Source of the DNA: Candidatus Latescibacterota bacterium
Lineage (GTDB): Bacteria; Latescibacterota; UBA2968; UBA8231
Assembly (NCBI GenBank): GCA_965203355.1
Contig: OZ241889.1
Coordinates: forward strand, 3,976,280 to 4,040,279
Length of the DNA stretch: 64,000 bases
Direction of reading: 5' to 3'
Below the pieces are notes generated by a model, which saw nothing but the letters and a program-made list of their open reading frames with translations, was not told the origin of the DNA and did no database searches. The translations under genes were made by a program, and so were the position numbers. Below, piece by piece: positions 9,097 through 20,976 of this stretch (position 1 is the first letter of the stretch; every line of letters begins with the position of its first letter).

Positions 9097-9849
9097 TTAA
9101 AGGGCGGCCTTCACAATAGCGGCAAACTGCCCGGCGTCCAACGCGGCACCGCCGATCAAGCCTCCATCGATGTTGGCTTGAGCAAAAAGTTCGGCAGCGT
9201 TTTCGGGTTTGACGCTGCCGCCGTACTGGATGCACACCTCAGCGGCGGCGGCTTTGCCCAAGTGCCCCGCGAGGAAATGGCGGATCATGGCATGGACTTC
9301 TTCGGCTTGCGCGGCCGTCGCGGTCACGCCGGTGCCAATCGCCCAAACCGGCTCGTACGCCCATAATACCGCACGCGCTGCACCCGCCGCAATTCCGGCT
9401 ATGGCACCGCTCACTTGGCCGAGGACGACCTCCTCAATTCGGCCAGCTTCGCGCTCTTGCAGAGTCTCGCCGACGCAGACGATCGGGCACAGGCCGGTTT
9501 GGAGGGCGCAAGCTAGCTTGCGGTTGACTAGCGAGTCGTCCTCGCCGCAAAACTGTCTTCGCTCGGAATGCCCCAGCAACACGTAAGAGCAACCAGCCGC
9601 CAAGAGCATGGCGGCGGATATTTCTCCGGTGAAAGCTCCCTGCCGCTCCCAGTGCATGTTCTGGGCTCCTAACCCAATGGGGCTATCGGCAAGGGCCGCG
9701 CACGCGGTTTCCAAGCAGGTGAACGGCGGGCAGACGACGACTTCCACGTCGAGTCCCGCAACGAGCGGCTTGATCGCTTCGACCCACTCGACGGCCTCAG
9801 CAGCCGTCTTGTGCATCTTCCAGTTGCCAGCGACAATGGGGCGGCGCAT
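9097..9849 (-). CDS. tpiA: Triosephosphate isomerase
   Basis: [33 protein letters not shown]. Confidence 0.95.
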   Translation of the reverse strand: MRRPIVAGNWKMHKTAAEAVEWVEAIKPLVAGLDVEVVVCPPFTCLETACAALADSPIGLGAQNMHWERQGAFTGEISAAMLLAAGCSYVLLGHSERRQFCGEDDSLVNRKLACALQTGLCPIVCVGETLQEREAGRIEEVVLGQVSGAIAGIAAGAARAVLWAYEPVWAIGTGVTATAAQAEEVHAMIRHFLAGHLGKAAAAEVCIQYGGSVKPENAAELFAQANIDGGLIGGAALDAGQFAAIVKAAL

Positions 9850-9850
9850 C

Positions 9851-11056
9851 TTAGTTTTCCTCGTCGTCCAAGGCCGCCACCCCGGGCAAGACCCGCCCGC
9901 TCATGCACGCTAGCGACGCCCCGCCCCCAGTGGAAATATGAGTCATCGCTTGGGCCAATCCGGCTTGAGCTACAGCCGCGGCCGTGTCCCCACCGCCAAT
10001 AATGCTCACGGCACCCCCGCTAGTAGCCGCCGCTAGGGCTTGGGCAACCTGTTGGGTCCCTTGGGCAAAGGAGGCCATCTCGCACACTCCGAGGGGACCG
10101 TTCCACACGATGGTCCCGCCCCGGGCGATCTGGTCGGCGTAGCACTGCCGGGTCTGGGGGCCGATGTCCATGCCTTGCCAACCGAGAGGGATGGCGTCGC
10201 GGGCGACTACTTGCGCTTGGGCAGCGGCGGCAAAGTGGTCGGCGACTACGCAATCTGCGGGAAGTTGGAGATCCAATCCCCCGGTTTCGACGCGGGTCAA
10301 TAGCCGCCGAGCCGTGTCTAGACAATCTTCTTCGAGCAGCGAATCCCCGATCGCTAGCCCCATGGCCTTGAAAAAGGTATAGGCCATGCCGCCGCCGATG
10401 AGCAGGGCGTCCACTCGGTCGAGTAAGTGCTCGATCAGTTCGATTTTGCCCGAAATTTTGGCCCCGCCCAAAATGGCAGTAAATGGCCGCTGCGGGCGGC
10501 GCAGGGCCTCGTCGAGATAGGAAATTTCCCGCTCCATCAACAGGCCGCTGACCCCCGCGCCCATACAGCGCGGCACTCCCTCGGTTGAAGCGTGCGCCCG
10601 GTGCGCCGCCCCAAAGGCATCGTTGACGTACGCATCGCCTAGCCCGGCCAACTGCTGGGCAAAAGTATGCTCGTTTTGCTCTTCTTCCCTATGGAAGCGC
10701 ACGTTCTCTAAGAGCAGAACCTGCCCCGGCTGCAAGGCAGCAGCTTGGGCTGCGACCTCGGCACCCACGCAGTCTGGAGCCATGCCCACCACACGGCCCA
10801 ACAACCGGCTCAGGTATTCGGCTACTGGAGCCAGCGACAGCGCGGGTACTCGCTGGCCGCGGGGGCGCCCCAAGTGCGACATCAGAATGACGGACGCACC
10901 CTGCGCCAACAAGTGCTCGATCGTTGGCAGCGCGGCGCGAACCCGCGTGTCATCGACGATCTGGCCGGACTCGTCGTCGAGCGGCACGTTGAAATCCACT
11001 CGCACGAGGACCCGCTTGCCAGCTGCATCGAGGTCCCTGACGGTGCGCTTAGCCAT
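9851..11056 (-). CDS. pgk: Phosphoglycerate kinase
   Basis: [32 protein letters not shown]. 1-nt gap to tpiA. Confidence 0.96.
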   Translation of the reverse strand: MAKRTVRDLDAAGKRVLVRVDFNVPLDDESGQIVDDTRVRAALPTIEHLLAQGASVILMSHLGRPRGQRVPALSLAPVAEYLSRLLGRVVGMAPDCVGAEVAAQAAALQPGQVLLLENVRFHREEEQNEHTFAQQLAGLGDAYVNDAFGAAHRAHASTEGVPRCMGAGVSGLLMEREISYLDEALRRPQRPFTAILGGAKISGKIELIEHLLDRVDALLIGGGMAYTFFKAMGLAIGDSLLEEDCLDTARRLLTRVETGGLDLQLPADCVVADHFAAAAQAQVVARDAIPLGWQGMDIGPQTRQCYADQIARGGTIVWNGPLGVCEMASFAQGTQQVAQALAAATSGGAVSIIGGGDTAAAVAQAGLAQAMTHISTGGGASLACMSGRVLPGVAALDDEEN

Positions 11057-11060
11057 GCTA

Positions 11061-12113
11061 TTAACCGAAAAATACCGTAGCTAGGTCGTATAGCTCTTGG
11101 TCAACTACCTTGAGCTGATTGACGGCCTCGGCGAGTGGGATCGCCACGATTTCATTGCCTTGCAGACTCACCATCTTGCCGAAGTCGCCTTTGTGTACCC
11201 AATCGATCGCGGCAATGCCAAAGCGCGTGCCCAAGACGCGGTCGAAGGCCGTGGGCGTTCCCCCGCGCTGCAAGTGCCCCAGCACCGTAACGCGCGTTTC
11301 GTAGTTGGTTGCCTCTTCAACCGCGTTGGCGACGAGTTGGCCGATACCACCCAGCTTGACGTGGCCGAATTCGTCGAGTCCCCCTTCGGAGACCACGTAC
11401 TCTTTCTCCCGGCCTTCCCCGGAAATCAACTGCGCTCCCTCGGCCACCACCACGATCGAAAAGTCCTTGCCGCGCTCGTGTCGCTTGCGAATGATGCCAA
11501 CGATTTCTTCGATGGTGTATTTCTGCTCGGGAATGAGGATCATATCCGCGCCACCAGCCAAACCGGCGTAGAGGGCAATCCAACCGCTGTGCCGCCCCAT
11601 GACCTCGATGACCATCACGCGGTTGTGCGATTCGGCCGTGGTGTGAATTCGGTCAATGGCCTCGGTGACAATATTGACTGCGGTGTCAAAACCAAACGTG
11701 TAGTCCGTGCCGCTCAGATCGTTGTCAATGGTCTTAGGTACGCCTACGACCGGTACGCCCATGCTCGTCAGCTTGTTGGCTACCCCCAGCGTGTCCTCGC
11801 CCCCGATGGCCACGAGCGCGTCTAAATTCATCCGCCGCATGTTATCGACGACGATTTTGCCGCCGCCTTCCTGTTTGAACGGGTTGGTGCGCGAAGTGCC
11901 GAGGATGGTGCCACCCTTGGGCAAGATGCCGGAAATCTCCTCCAATCCCAATGGCTCCCAGTCGCACTCCATCATCCCCTTCCAGCCCTTGAGAATGCCA
12001 CAAAAGCGGTATTGGTATGCAGTAATACCCTTGCGCACCACAGCGCGAATGACGGCATTGAGCCCCGGACAGTCGCCTCCGCCGGTCAATATGCCGATCG
12101 TCTTTTCGGCCAT
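11061..12113 (-). CDS. pfkA: 6-phosphofructokinase (phosphoryl donor uncertain, ATP or PPi)
   Basis: [43 protein letters not shown]. Confidence 0.9.
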   Translation of the reverse strand: MAEKTIGILTGGGDCPGLNAVIRAVVRKGITAYQYRFCGILKGWKGMMECDWEPLGLEEISGILPKGGTILGTSRTNPFKQEGGGKIVVDNMRRMNLDALVAIGGEDTLGVANKLTSMGVPVVGVPKTIDNDLSGTDYTFGFDTAVNIVTEAIDRIHTTAESHNRVMVIEVMGRHSGWIALYAGLAGGADMILIPEQKYTIEEIVGIIRKRHERGKDFSIVVVAEGAQLISGEGREKEYVVSEGGLDEFGHVKLGGIGQLVANAVEEATNYETRVTVLGHLQRGGTPTAFDRVLGTRFGIAAIDWVHKGDFGKMVSLQGNEIVAIPLAEAVNQLKVVDQELYDLATVFFG

Positions 12114-12186
12114 AATATTCGGACTCCTTGGTTCGCGGCCAACATGGGGGATTCCAAAAGCGTCTGAATGTAGGAATTTGTCAGAA

Positions 12187-12867
12187 TCAGGTCAACAGAT
12201 CGTCTGCGCCCGAGCGCGCCAAGACAACAGCCCACAAGCGGCGATCGCCTCCTACGGCTTGCGCACAGGCGACCATGGTCTCTCCGGTCGTCCACACGTC
12301 ATCTACTATCCCGATTCGGGGGCCTGCGGGCGGCGCGGTCTTGCACACAAAGGCACCGCGGAGATTGGCGCGGCGTTCTGCGGCCGACAAGAGCGCTTGC
12401 TGCCGCGTATTTCTCCGTCTCCGCACGGTCTCGTGGTACACGGGTACGCCGAGCACGGCCCCTAACCCAGCGGCGATTTCCGCACTCTGATTGAACCCGC
12501 GCTCCCGCAGCCGAGCTGGGTGCAAAGGTACGGGCAGCAAGCAGTCCAGCGGAGCGAGTTGCTCGGCCAAGCAATGCCCCATGCGCTCGCCCAATGCCCG
12601 CCCGAGACGCACTTGGTTGCGAAACTTAAGTGCGTAAATGGCCTGTTGCAGTACGCCCGTGAACGGCCCCAAAGAGACGACCTGTTCAAACGCACGGCTT
12701 CCATCCTCGGTTTGCGAATGCGCGCGGCGCGATACAACTTCCGCCCAGCACGGTCCGCATAACAACTCGGCGGCCTCAATGTACGCTTGGCAAACTATAC
12801 AGTGCGGCGGATAAGCAAAGTCCAACAGAGCACGGCCCCACGTCTGTAGTGTTTCTATTTTGCCCAC
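12187..12867 (-). CDS. comF: ComF-family phosphoribosyltransferase-domain protein
   Basis: N-terminal Cys pairs (PPHCIVCQ...CGPCW). C-terminal PRT motif IGIVDDVWTTGETM. Confidence 0.8.
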   Translation of the reverse strand: MGKIETLQTWGRALLDFAYPPHCIVCQAYIEAAELLCGPCWAEVVSRRAHSQTEDGSRAFEQVVSLGPFTGVLQQAIYALKFRNQVRLGRALGERMGHCLAEQLAPLDCLLPVPLHPARLRERGFNQSAEIAAGLGAVLGVPVYHETVRRRRNTRQQALLSAAERRANLRGAFVCKTAPPAGPRIGIVDDVWTTGETMVACAQAVGGDRRLWAVVLARSGADDLLT

Positions 12868-13031
12868 TGTTCGTTACCTAAGAGAGACGCGAAGCGCGTG
12901 ACACGCCCGCTATATAGGACAAAGAAAAAACCGTGCCAACTCAACGCGCCGTCCGCTTTCTTGCGGACTTGCCATGATTCACTCCTTTCTCGTACTATTA
13001 CCCAACCCACATTCCGAACAAAGGATCGATT

Positions 13032-15920
13032 ATGCCCTTGCTATACGCGCTATTCTTTCTCGCCTTGGCCGAGGCCCTGCCCGCTGAGTACAACCTGCTT
13101 CACGGCCCGGACCCCAAAGACCCCATGGCAGCTCATATCTACCAATTGGACAATGGCCTGACAGTCTATCTGACCGAAAACAGAGAAGAGCCGCGCTTTT
13201 ACGCCGAAATCGCCATCCGCGCCGGTTCCAAGCACGACCCCCAAGACGCCACCGGCATCGCCCATTACCTAGAGCACATGCTCTTCAAAGGCAGCAAAAA
13301 GATCGGCACTCTCGACTACGAAAAGGAACAAGTCCACCTCGACCGCATTGAGACGCTCTACGAGCAGCACTTTGTCGAGACAGATCCAGAAAAAAGGGCC
13401 GCTATCTACGCACAGATCAACGCCGAAAACCAACTTGCTGCCACCTACGCCATTCCCAATGAACTCGACCGCCTCTACACCGCAATGGGCGAGCGCGGCC
13501 TCAACGCCCATACCTGGGTCGAGGAAACCGTCTATAAGGTGGAACTGCCAGCCAATCGTCTAGCCCAATGGGCCAAAGTCGAGGCCGAGCGCTTTCACGA
13601 ACCGGTCTTCCGCCTCTTCCAAACCGAATTAGAAACCGTCTATGAAGAAAAAAACCGCTCCCTCGACAACAAGGGCCGCGTCATCCACAAGGCCGTGCAA
13701 GAGCAACTCTACAAGGTCCATCCCTATCGCATCACCACGCTAGGCACGGTAGAGCACCTAAAAAATCCCTCGCTAGAGCGCATGTACGAATTTTACAACA
13801 CGTACTACGTGCCCAACAATATGGCGATCTTCATCTCTGGCGACATCGACATCGACGCGACCATCCAGCTCATCGACCGAGAATTTTCTCGCTGGGAGCG
13901 CCGGGAACTGCCTGAATTCCCCAACTACCCAGAGCCTGCGATCAACGGGGCAGAACGGATCGAGGTCAATTATCCCGGCGAGGAATACGTGCTGTTGGCT
14001 TTTCGCACCGCCGAGCAGTTGCACGAGGACGCCGAGACCTTGCAAATCCTCGACATGATCCTTGATAACGCCACGGCTGGGCTGATCAACCTCAACCTCA
14101 ATCAGCAACAGAAAGTGCGCGAAGCCGGCTCCTACCCTTATCTACTCAACGACTACGGTGCCCAGTACTTGTGGGGCATTCCCAAACAGGATCAGACCCT
14201 TGAGGAAGTCGAAGCCCTGCTCTTGGCGCAGATTGACCTGATCAAGGAGGGGCAATTCGAAGATTGGATCATACCGGCCATTGTCACCGACTTCAAAAAG
14301 AGCGTAAAGCAGGGGCTAGAAAACAATAGTTCTCGGGTCGGCTTCATGCGCGATTCGTATATCGGGTTTGAAAAATGGAGCCACGCCGTGCGCTCCCTCG
14401 ACCGCATGGCCGAGCTCGAAAAGCACGACGTCGTCGAAGTCGCCAACAAGTACTTCAACGGCGCGTATGTCGCTGGCTACCGCCGCGATGGCCAGCAGGA
14501 CATACCCGAGATCGCCAAGCCGCCCATCGACAAAATCGACATTGACGCCGCGCGCCAATCGGCCTTTTTCGCCGAGGTCATGGCCATGCCCTTTGAGGAA
14601 ATCGAGCCAGCGTACCTCGTGCCCGAGCGCGACTTCATCACCCGCGAGTTGGCGGGCGGCAGCAAACTCTACTACACCCGCAACCCGCTCAACGATCTCT
14701 TTGAATTTTCTATCGCAATCGACCTTGGCTCCCTAACCGAAAATCGCCTGCCCGTAGCCCGCGAACTGCTCGACAAGTCGGGCACCCCGCACTTTGCCGC
14801 CGAAGAGCTGAAAAAGGAGTGGTACAAGCTGGGCACTGACTTTAAGATGAGCGTCGGCGACCAAGAGACTGGGATTTCCATTTCGGGCCTCGACGAAAAC
14901 TTCGCCGCATCGCTGGCCTTATTGTCCGAGCTAATGCACACTCCAACCACCGACGACGCCACGCTCGCCGAGCTTCAGTCCATCATCGTCGCGCGGCGCG
15001 ACGACGCTCTCAAGGATCACCGTACCATCCACGAAGCACTCTACCGCTACCACCGCTTAGGCGACATGGCGTACTACCGCCGAGTCCCCTCCAACGAGGA
15101 AGTTCGCGCCCTGAGGCGTCAAGAACTCATCGATCTACTCGGCAGCCTGCTCTCCTATCGCCAGACCCTCAGCTACACCGGGTCGCAGACCATCGAAGCC
15201 GTACAGGCCATCCTTGCCCAGCACTACCCGCTACCCGAGTCGCCGGTCGAACCGCCGCCCTATCAGGTGTTAGAATTCACTCAGCCTGAAAAAACCCAGA
15301 TATACTTCTTTGACAAGGAAATGGCCCAAGCTTCGGTGAGGATCGAGTACGTAGATGTGCCCTATCAAGCAGCGCTCGAGCCAGCCGTCGAACTGTTCAA
15401 CGACTACTTCTACGGCGGCATGGCTGGCATCGTATTCCAAGAAATCCGCGAAGCACGCGCCTTGGCGTATTCGGTGGGTGCCCTCTACTTCAATGGCCGC
15501 GACAAAGCCGACTACAACTACATGGTCGGCGGCATGGGTACGCAAGCCGACAAGACACCCGAGGCGGTCGCGGCTTTCGTCGGCCTGCTCGACGACATTC
15601 CCTCCTCGCCCGAGCGCTTTGCCGCCGCCCAGCTTTCAGTGCTCAACAAGTACCGCACGGAACGGCTCGGCTTCCGCTCGGTGCTGGGGGCTGTGCGCGG
15701 CTGGGAGCGCAAGGGGCTAACCGGCGACCCGCGCACTTGGCGCTTTGAGCAGATCCAAGCCAGCAGCCTCGACGAAGTGCTCGAATTCTACCGCCAGCAC
15801 ATCCAAGGCCGCCCCAAGCTGATCTCGATCACCGGCGACAAAAGCAAAATGGACTTCGAGGCCCTAGCCGCACAGGGCGAGATCGTCGAGCTGGGCTTGG
15901 AAGACCTGTTCGCCTTCTGA
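13032..15920 (+). CDS. M16-family (insulinase-like) zinc peptidase, two-lobed, secreted
   Basis: Signal-like N-terminus MPLLYALFFLALAEA. Inverted zinc motif HYLEHMLFKGS. 962 aa, with a second inactive M16 half. Confidence 0.88.
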   Translation: MPLLYALFFLALAEALPAEYNLLHGPDPKDPMAAHIYQLDNGLTVYLTENREEPRFYAEIAIRAGSKHDPQDATGIAHYLEHMLFKGSKKIGTLDYEKEQVHLDRIETLYEQHFVETDPEKRAAIYAQINAENQLAATYAIPNELDRLYTAMGERGLNAHTWVEETVYKVELPANRLAQWAKVEAERFHEPVFRLFQTELETVYEEKNRSLDNKGRVIHKAVQEQLYKVHPYRITTLGTVEHLKNPSLERMYEFYNTYYVPNNMAIFISGDIDIDATIQLIDREFSRWERRELPEFPNYPEPAINGAERIEVNYPGEEYVLLAFRTAEQLHEDAETLQILDMILDNATAGLINLNLNQQQKVREAGSYPYLLNDYGAQYLWGIPKQDQTLEEVEALLLAQIDLIKEGQFEDWIIPAIVTDFKKSVKQGLENNSSRVGFMRDSYIGFEKWSHAVRSLDRMAELEKHDVVEVANKYFNGAYVAGYRRDGQQDIPEIAKPPIDKIDIDAARQSAFFAEVMAMPFEEIEPAYLVPERDFITRELAGGSKLYYTRNPLNDLFEFSIAIDLGSLTENRLPVARELLDKSGTPHFAAEELKKEWYKLGTDFKMSVGDQETGISISGLDENFAASLALLSELMHTPTTDDATLAELQSIIVARRDDALKDHRTIHEALYRYHRLGDMAYYRRVPSNEEVRALRRQELIDLLGSLLSYRQTLSYTGSQTIEAVQAILAQHYPLPESPVEPPPYQVLEFTQPEKTQIYFFDKEMAQASVRIEYVDVPYQAALEPAVELFNDYFYGGMAGIVFQEIREARALAYSVGALYFNGRDKADYNYMVGGMGTQADKTPEAVAAFVGLLDDIPSSPERFAAAQLSVLNKYRTERLGFRSVLGAVRGWERKGLTGDPRTWRFEQIQASSLDEVLEFYRQHIQGRPKLISITGDKSKMDFEALAAQGEIVELGLEDLFAF

Positions 15921-15944
15921 GTCCTATTGACAAAGCCCCACCCA

Positions 15945-15967
15945 CCGTCTAGCTTTTAGACGGTTTT
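15945..15967 (+). terminator. Short intrinsic terminator after the M16 peptidase gene
   Basis: 7-bp stem ccgtcta / tagacgg, 5-nt loop, followed by TTTT. It abuts the tRNA 5-prime end. Confidence 0.55.
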
Positions 15968-15968
15968 A

Positions 15969-16045
15969 GGCGGCGTAGCTCAGTTGGTTAGAGCAGTGGA
16001 ATCATAATCCATAGGTCGGGGGTTCGAGTCCCTTCGCCGCTACCA
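15969..16045 (+). tRNA. tRNA with CAU anticodon (elongator Met or lysidine-modified Ile2; not resolvable by eye)
   Basis: GGCGGCGTAGCTCAGTTGGTTAGAGCAGTGGAATCATAATCCATAGGTCGGGGGTTCGAGTCCCTTCGCCGCTACCA. Cloverleaf with loop ATCATAA. It has a G1-U72 wobble and lacks the three G-C pairs of initiator anticodon stems. Confidence 0.88.
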
Positions 16046-16085
16046 TATTTCCCACCGCCAATTTTAGCGGTTTGTTGTTTAACCC

Positions 16086-16116
16086 AAGCCCCCGGGGAGC
16101 ACCTCCTCGGGGGCTT
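16086..16116 (+). terminator. Intrinsic terminator after tRNA(CAU)
   Basis: Stem aagcccccg / cgggggctt, extended by an inner ggag/ctcc pairing. A T-rich tract (cttgctttttt) follows within 15 nt. Confidence 0.65.
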
Positions 16117-16447
16117 GTCATATCTTGCTTTTTTAGCACTTGCGCGGCCCCACACTGAAATGATCGACGAACTGGCGCAGACATACGCGCATTATGTGGC
16201 ATTGCGGCGCGAACTCTCGCTGTGGGTTGAGCAGAGCATTCGCCGCGATAGGCCGGACAAAAACTAAGGCGGCGAGGACGAGGCCAATTTTGCGCTGGCC
16301 TTTTTTCGCAGTATCTGAATCAGCGGCGACTGGTCGACGAACCCAAGGTCGAGGCCCAGCACATCGGCCACTGGACTGAGGGAGTGCCCGTTTGGTGTGG
16401 CTGGATGCACGACGTCTTTTTGAGCCACTGAACAGGAGCTTGAGTCT

Positions 16448-18787
16448 ATGTTCAATAGACACCTATCACAGGGGCTTTCTGCTCTGTGTCTATCTTGCGC
16501 TACAATTCTTCAACTTTATGCTATAGGTGGGGCTGCTACTCTCACTGTAACTACATTGGATTCCCTGACACAAGAGCCAATTAATGGGGTGTTTGTGAAT
16601 GTTGTAGGATCCCCGCATAAGTCAACAACAGATATTGAAGGAAAAATTCGCCTTGAACTAGCTCCAGGCCATATAGTTCTCCAGTACTCCCATATTGCCT
16701 ATTCCAGTGGTACTGTACAAACACACTTGGATTCATTAGGTTCGACTCTCCTGATCCTACTTCAAACCCATCCAGTTAAGATTCCCGAGGTGATAATAAG
16801 TACTTTGGCCAGTACACTAGAGCCAGACAAGACCGACATCTCACTGACTGAATTACGAAGATATCCTGCTCCGACCAATGACCCTTTACGATATCTGAAA
16901 GTATTGCCCGGAATCACCTCGGGTAACGACTTCAGTGAATTATACAACGTCCAAGGTGGCAACTACGATCAAAACCTTGTGTATATCAACGGAATAGAAA
17001 TGGAGGCGCCTCTTCTGCTACGACGAGGTCTAGCTCAGACCCTTTCCGTGTTGAACCCTGCAATGATTGACAGCATGACATTTCGAGCTATCTCATTTCC
17101 TGTGTCATTCGGAGATAAACTCAGTAGTGTGCTCGATGCCAACTACAAGCTGGATGAGAAGGAGAATAGAGGGGTATTGGACTTATCAGCAACAACTCAG
17201 AGCTTAACGCTCCAAGCCCATCTAGCTCAATCTATCAATTTCATTAGCGGCATACGTTATTCCAATCTGGACCGCCATGCTCGAGGTCTGCAAGTTTCCG
17301 GCCAATTTGATCGGAGGTTTTGGGATTGGCAGACTCAGATAAGAGTCAAGTACCCCCGAATCGGCCAACTAACACTCTATATGGCGACTATCAGAAGCGT
17401 CTTTGGCATGAGGCCAGAGGAAATTTTACTTCGCTACAACTGCCATGCTTTTCGGCACAAGAAAATATGCGATGAGTACCACGGTTTCGCGCGCGGGCAT
17501 GAAAACTTCACTTACGAGGATAATCTCCTGGGAATGTCCGTGGAGCGAATAGCAAGACATGGGAGAATCAAAGCATATACCAATATAGTACACAAGAGAG
17601 AAGACGAAGATACCAACTTGCAGTACGAAATTGAACCTAATAGCATTCGAAGCACGGAGGCATTCGCTAACCAACTGAAACAGATAAAGATCGAATCTGG
17701 AATAGTCGCATCAAAGAACTTAGAAGCATCACATTTCACGGTAGGAGCAGGTGTGAAATTCCTAACGATCGATGGCAATGTGAATTCTCTTGAGGAAATT
17801 ACATATAGCCGTAGAAGGTTCTTCTCGCAAGACATCAAATCAGAATTGCAACGCAACTACAACGACAGTTTCTTCTATCTTCAAAGCCGACGCCAAGCTG
17901 GACGCTTATGGACCCTTTTTGGAGTTCGCATCGCTCAGTTTGGGGCAACCGGTGAGACCATTGTAATGCCACGAGTCAGCACTAATTATCGACTTTTCCC
18001 CTCTGTTTCATGGATACTTGCAGCCGGGCGGCATGCACAGCCACCTATGTACAAGGAGTTCTTACTAAGCCCTGTAAGAGATAGTCTTAAATCGCAACGA
18101 TCCGACCAAATAGGCACTGGGCTTATTTACGAAATCCAAGATTCATTGTATTGGAGCATCGAGACCTTCTATAGATACCAGTGGAGAATGATCTCTTACG
18201 AAATTGACGATCTTCGAATACACTATTCAGGTGTGAATGACTCGAAAGGACGAGTCTTTGGTGTGAATTCGAAACTTAGAGGAAAGCTAGACAGTCTAAT
18301 TGGAATTGTGAGCTATGGCTATTTGATAGCGAGAGACAACATCATTAGAGATGGCCACAACTATCTTCCGCGAGCAAGTGATCAGCGCCATACGCTATCC
18401 GTGTATCTTGAAGATAGGATGTTCCTAGACTCTCTGAGGATACGTTGCTGGAATTACTCTCGATTTCACATTCGCGCCTTGTATGGAAGTGGCTTTCCAC
18501 ATACTCCAAAGATCGTAGCTATTTCGGAAGATGGAAACTCACAATTAACTGATGGACCACGCCATAGCGTGAGAGATAGACCGTACTTTAGGTTTGACGT
18601 CGGGATGACTCAATCGATCAGCTTATGGGGAAAGACGCTTCATCTCCGTGAAGAAATAGCAAATGTGTTTGATCAATATAATGTCTTAGGCTATTCTTAT
18701 CTCCCATCATCAAGTGGAGAACCAATTGAGCTCCGTAGGTCGCTGGGGCGTCGGGTTTACAACATTTCGGTGTCCGTAGAACTTTAA
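16448..18787 (+). CDS. TonB-dependent-receptor-like outer-membrane beta-barrel with N-terminal carboxypeptidase-regulatory-like domain
   Basis: Signal-like N-terminus. The stretch LTVTTLDSLTQEPINGVFVNVVGSPHKSTTDIEGKIRLEL resembles CarboxypepD_reg. Plug-like block LPGITSGNDFSELYNVQGGNYDQNLVYINGIEMEAP. Long beta-rich C-terminal region. AGGAG SD 10 nt upstream. GC is about 43% on a hand-counted sample. Confidence 0.75.
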   Translation: MFNRHLSQGLSALCLSCATILQLYAIGGAATLTVTTLDSLTQEPINGVFVNVVGSPHKSTTDIEGKIRLELAPGHIVLQYSHIAYSSGTVQTHLDSLGSTLLILLQTHPVKIPEVIISTLASTLEPDKTDISLTELRRYPAPTNDPLRYLKVLPGITSGNDFSELYNVQGGNYDQNLVYINGIEMEAPLLLRRGLAQTLSVLNPAMIDSMTFRAISFPVSFGDKLSSVLDANYKLDEKENRGVLDLSATTQSLTLQAHLAQSINFISGIRYSNLDRHARGLQVSGQFDRRFWDWQTQIRVKYPRIGQLTLYMATIRSVFGMRPEEILLRYNCHAFRHKKICDEYHGFARGHENFTYEDNLLGMSVERIARHGRIKAYTNIVHKREDEDTNLQYEIEPNSIRSTEAFANQLKQIKIESGIVASKNLEASHFTVGAGVKFLTIDGNVNSLEEITYSRRRFFSQDIKSELQRNYNDSFFYLQSRRQAGRLWTLFGVRIAQFGATGETIVMPRVSTNYRLFPSVSWILAAGRHAQPPMYKEFLLSPVRDSLKSQRSDQIGTGLIYEIQDSLYWSIETFYRYQWRMISYEIDDLRIHYSGVNDSKGRVFGVNSKLRGKLDSLIGIVSYGYLIARDNIIRDGHNYLPRASDQRHTLSVYLEDRMFLDSLRIRCWNYSRFHIRALYGSGFPHTPKIVAISEDGNSQLTDGPRHSVRDRPYFRFDVGMTQSISLWGKTLHLREEIANVFDQYNVLGYSYLPSSSGEPIELRRSLGRRVYNISVSVEL

Positions 18788-18812
18788 CTCACTTATAGTT
18801 GCCATCCATCCC

Positions 18813-18962
18813 TTAGAAGCCTTTTTAAAATTCTCGTCGGACTACTTCAACGGGTCGTCGAGAGGTTCCTGGACCGGGCGTTTTCCGCGGGCGAGACTCC
18901 AGTACTACTAGGCTTTTTGGGGGATCAAAAAACAATAAGAATAATTTTAAAAACGCTTCTAA
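18813..18962. repeat. 20-nt terminal inverted repeats (19/20 match) flanking a 110-nt core; MITE-like or structured element
   Basis: Left arm ttagaagcctttttaaaatt (18813-18832). The reverse complement of the right arm (18943-18962) is ttagaagcgtttttaaaatt. Confidence 0.6.
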
Positions 18963-19093
18963 AATGATGCTCGGGTTGGTAGCTGAAGAACATCAAGGCA
19001 ATCTGTGATACCTCAGCGGGATGATTGGCTTAACAGGTCGAAGGCGTCCTCAGTGCTGCGGATCTTGGCGATGAGTGGTGCGATTAACCACGT

Positions 19094-19129
19094 AAAAGGC
19101 ACTTGCGATTGCGCTCGCAAGTGCCTTTT
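19094..19129 (-). terminator. Intrinsic terminator of the ATP synthase operon
   Basis: 15-bp stem aaaaggcacttgcga / tcgcaagtgcctttt with a 6-nt loop. T-run on the minus-strand reading, 24 nt downstream of atpC. Confidence 0.8.
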
Positions 19130-19152
19130 GCTTTGCAAGTATCCCTTATCCC

Positions 19153-19548
19153 TTACTCGCGGAGGCGATTGATCGCCCGCGCCAGCGCCGCCTGCGCTCG
19201 CGCTCTATCGACCCGCTCCTCCCGCGCCCGTGCCAACTCTTCCTCGGCCCGCCGCCGTGCGGCCTCGGCCCGCTCAACGTCGATCTCCTCAATGCGTTCG
19301 GCCGTCTCGGCTAGCACCGAAACTTGCTCGCGCCTGACTTCGACAAAACCGCCGCTGATGGCCATTTTGACCTCATTGCCATCCTCCTCGACAAAGCGCA
19401 ACCGCCCTATCTGCAATCCGGTCAAAAGCGGGATGTGTCCAGCGAGGACGCCAAAACCCCCCTCGCTACCGGGTGCTTGCAGGCTGGTAACCTGCCCCGA
19501 GTAGACCACCCGCTCTGGCGTGACGACCTCTAAGGCGAAAGCGGGCAT
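19153..19548 (-). CDS. atpC: F1 ATP synthase epsilon subunit
   Basis: MPAFALEVVTPERVVYSGQV...; size and position after atpD; C-terminal helical hairpin rich in A/R/E. Confidence 0.9.
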   Translation of the reverse strand: MPAFALEVVTPERVVYSGQVTSLQAPGSEGGFGVLAGHIPLLTGLQIGRLRFVEEDGNEVKMAISGGFVEVRREQVSVLAETAERIEEIDVERAEAARRRAEEELARAREERVDRARAQAALARAINRLRE

Positions 19549-19551
19549 CGA

Positions 19552-20976
<1,425 letters not shown>

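Noticed and set aside
16133-16462. 109-aa and 63-aa minus-strand ORFs in the tRNA(CAU)-to-islet spacer, possibly two frames of one broken gene
   Set aside because: I could not match either fragment to an integrase, transposase or toxin family by eye. No SD is present. At best this is unverifiable gene debris, so I did not annotate it.
18963-19093. Short minus-strand reading frame (…LIAPLIAKIRSTEDAFDLLSQSSR) in the islet trailer
   Set aside because: It is under 40 codons with no start codon or homology I can name. It may be a remnant, but I cannot support that.
16046-19093. Search for a direct repeat of the tRNA(CAU) 3-prime end marking an att site at the far end of the low-GC islet
   Set aside because: I found only an inverted 7-mer (tggtagc at about 18977), which is not meaningful. 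No att-like direct repeat is visible.
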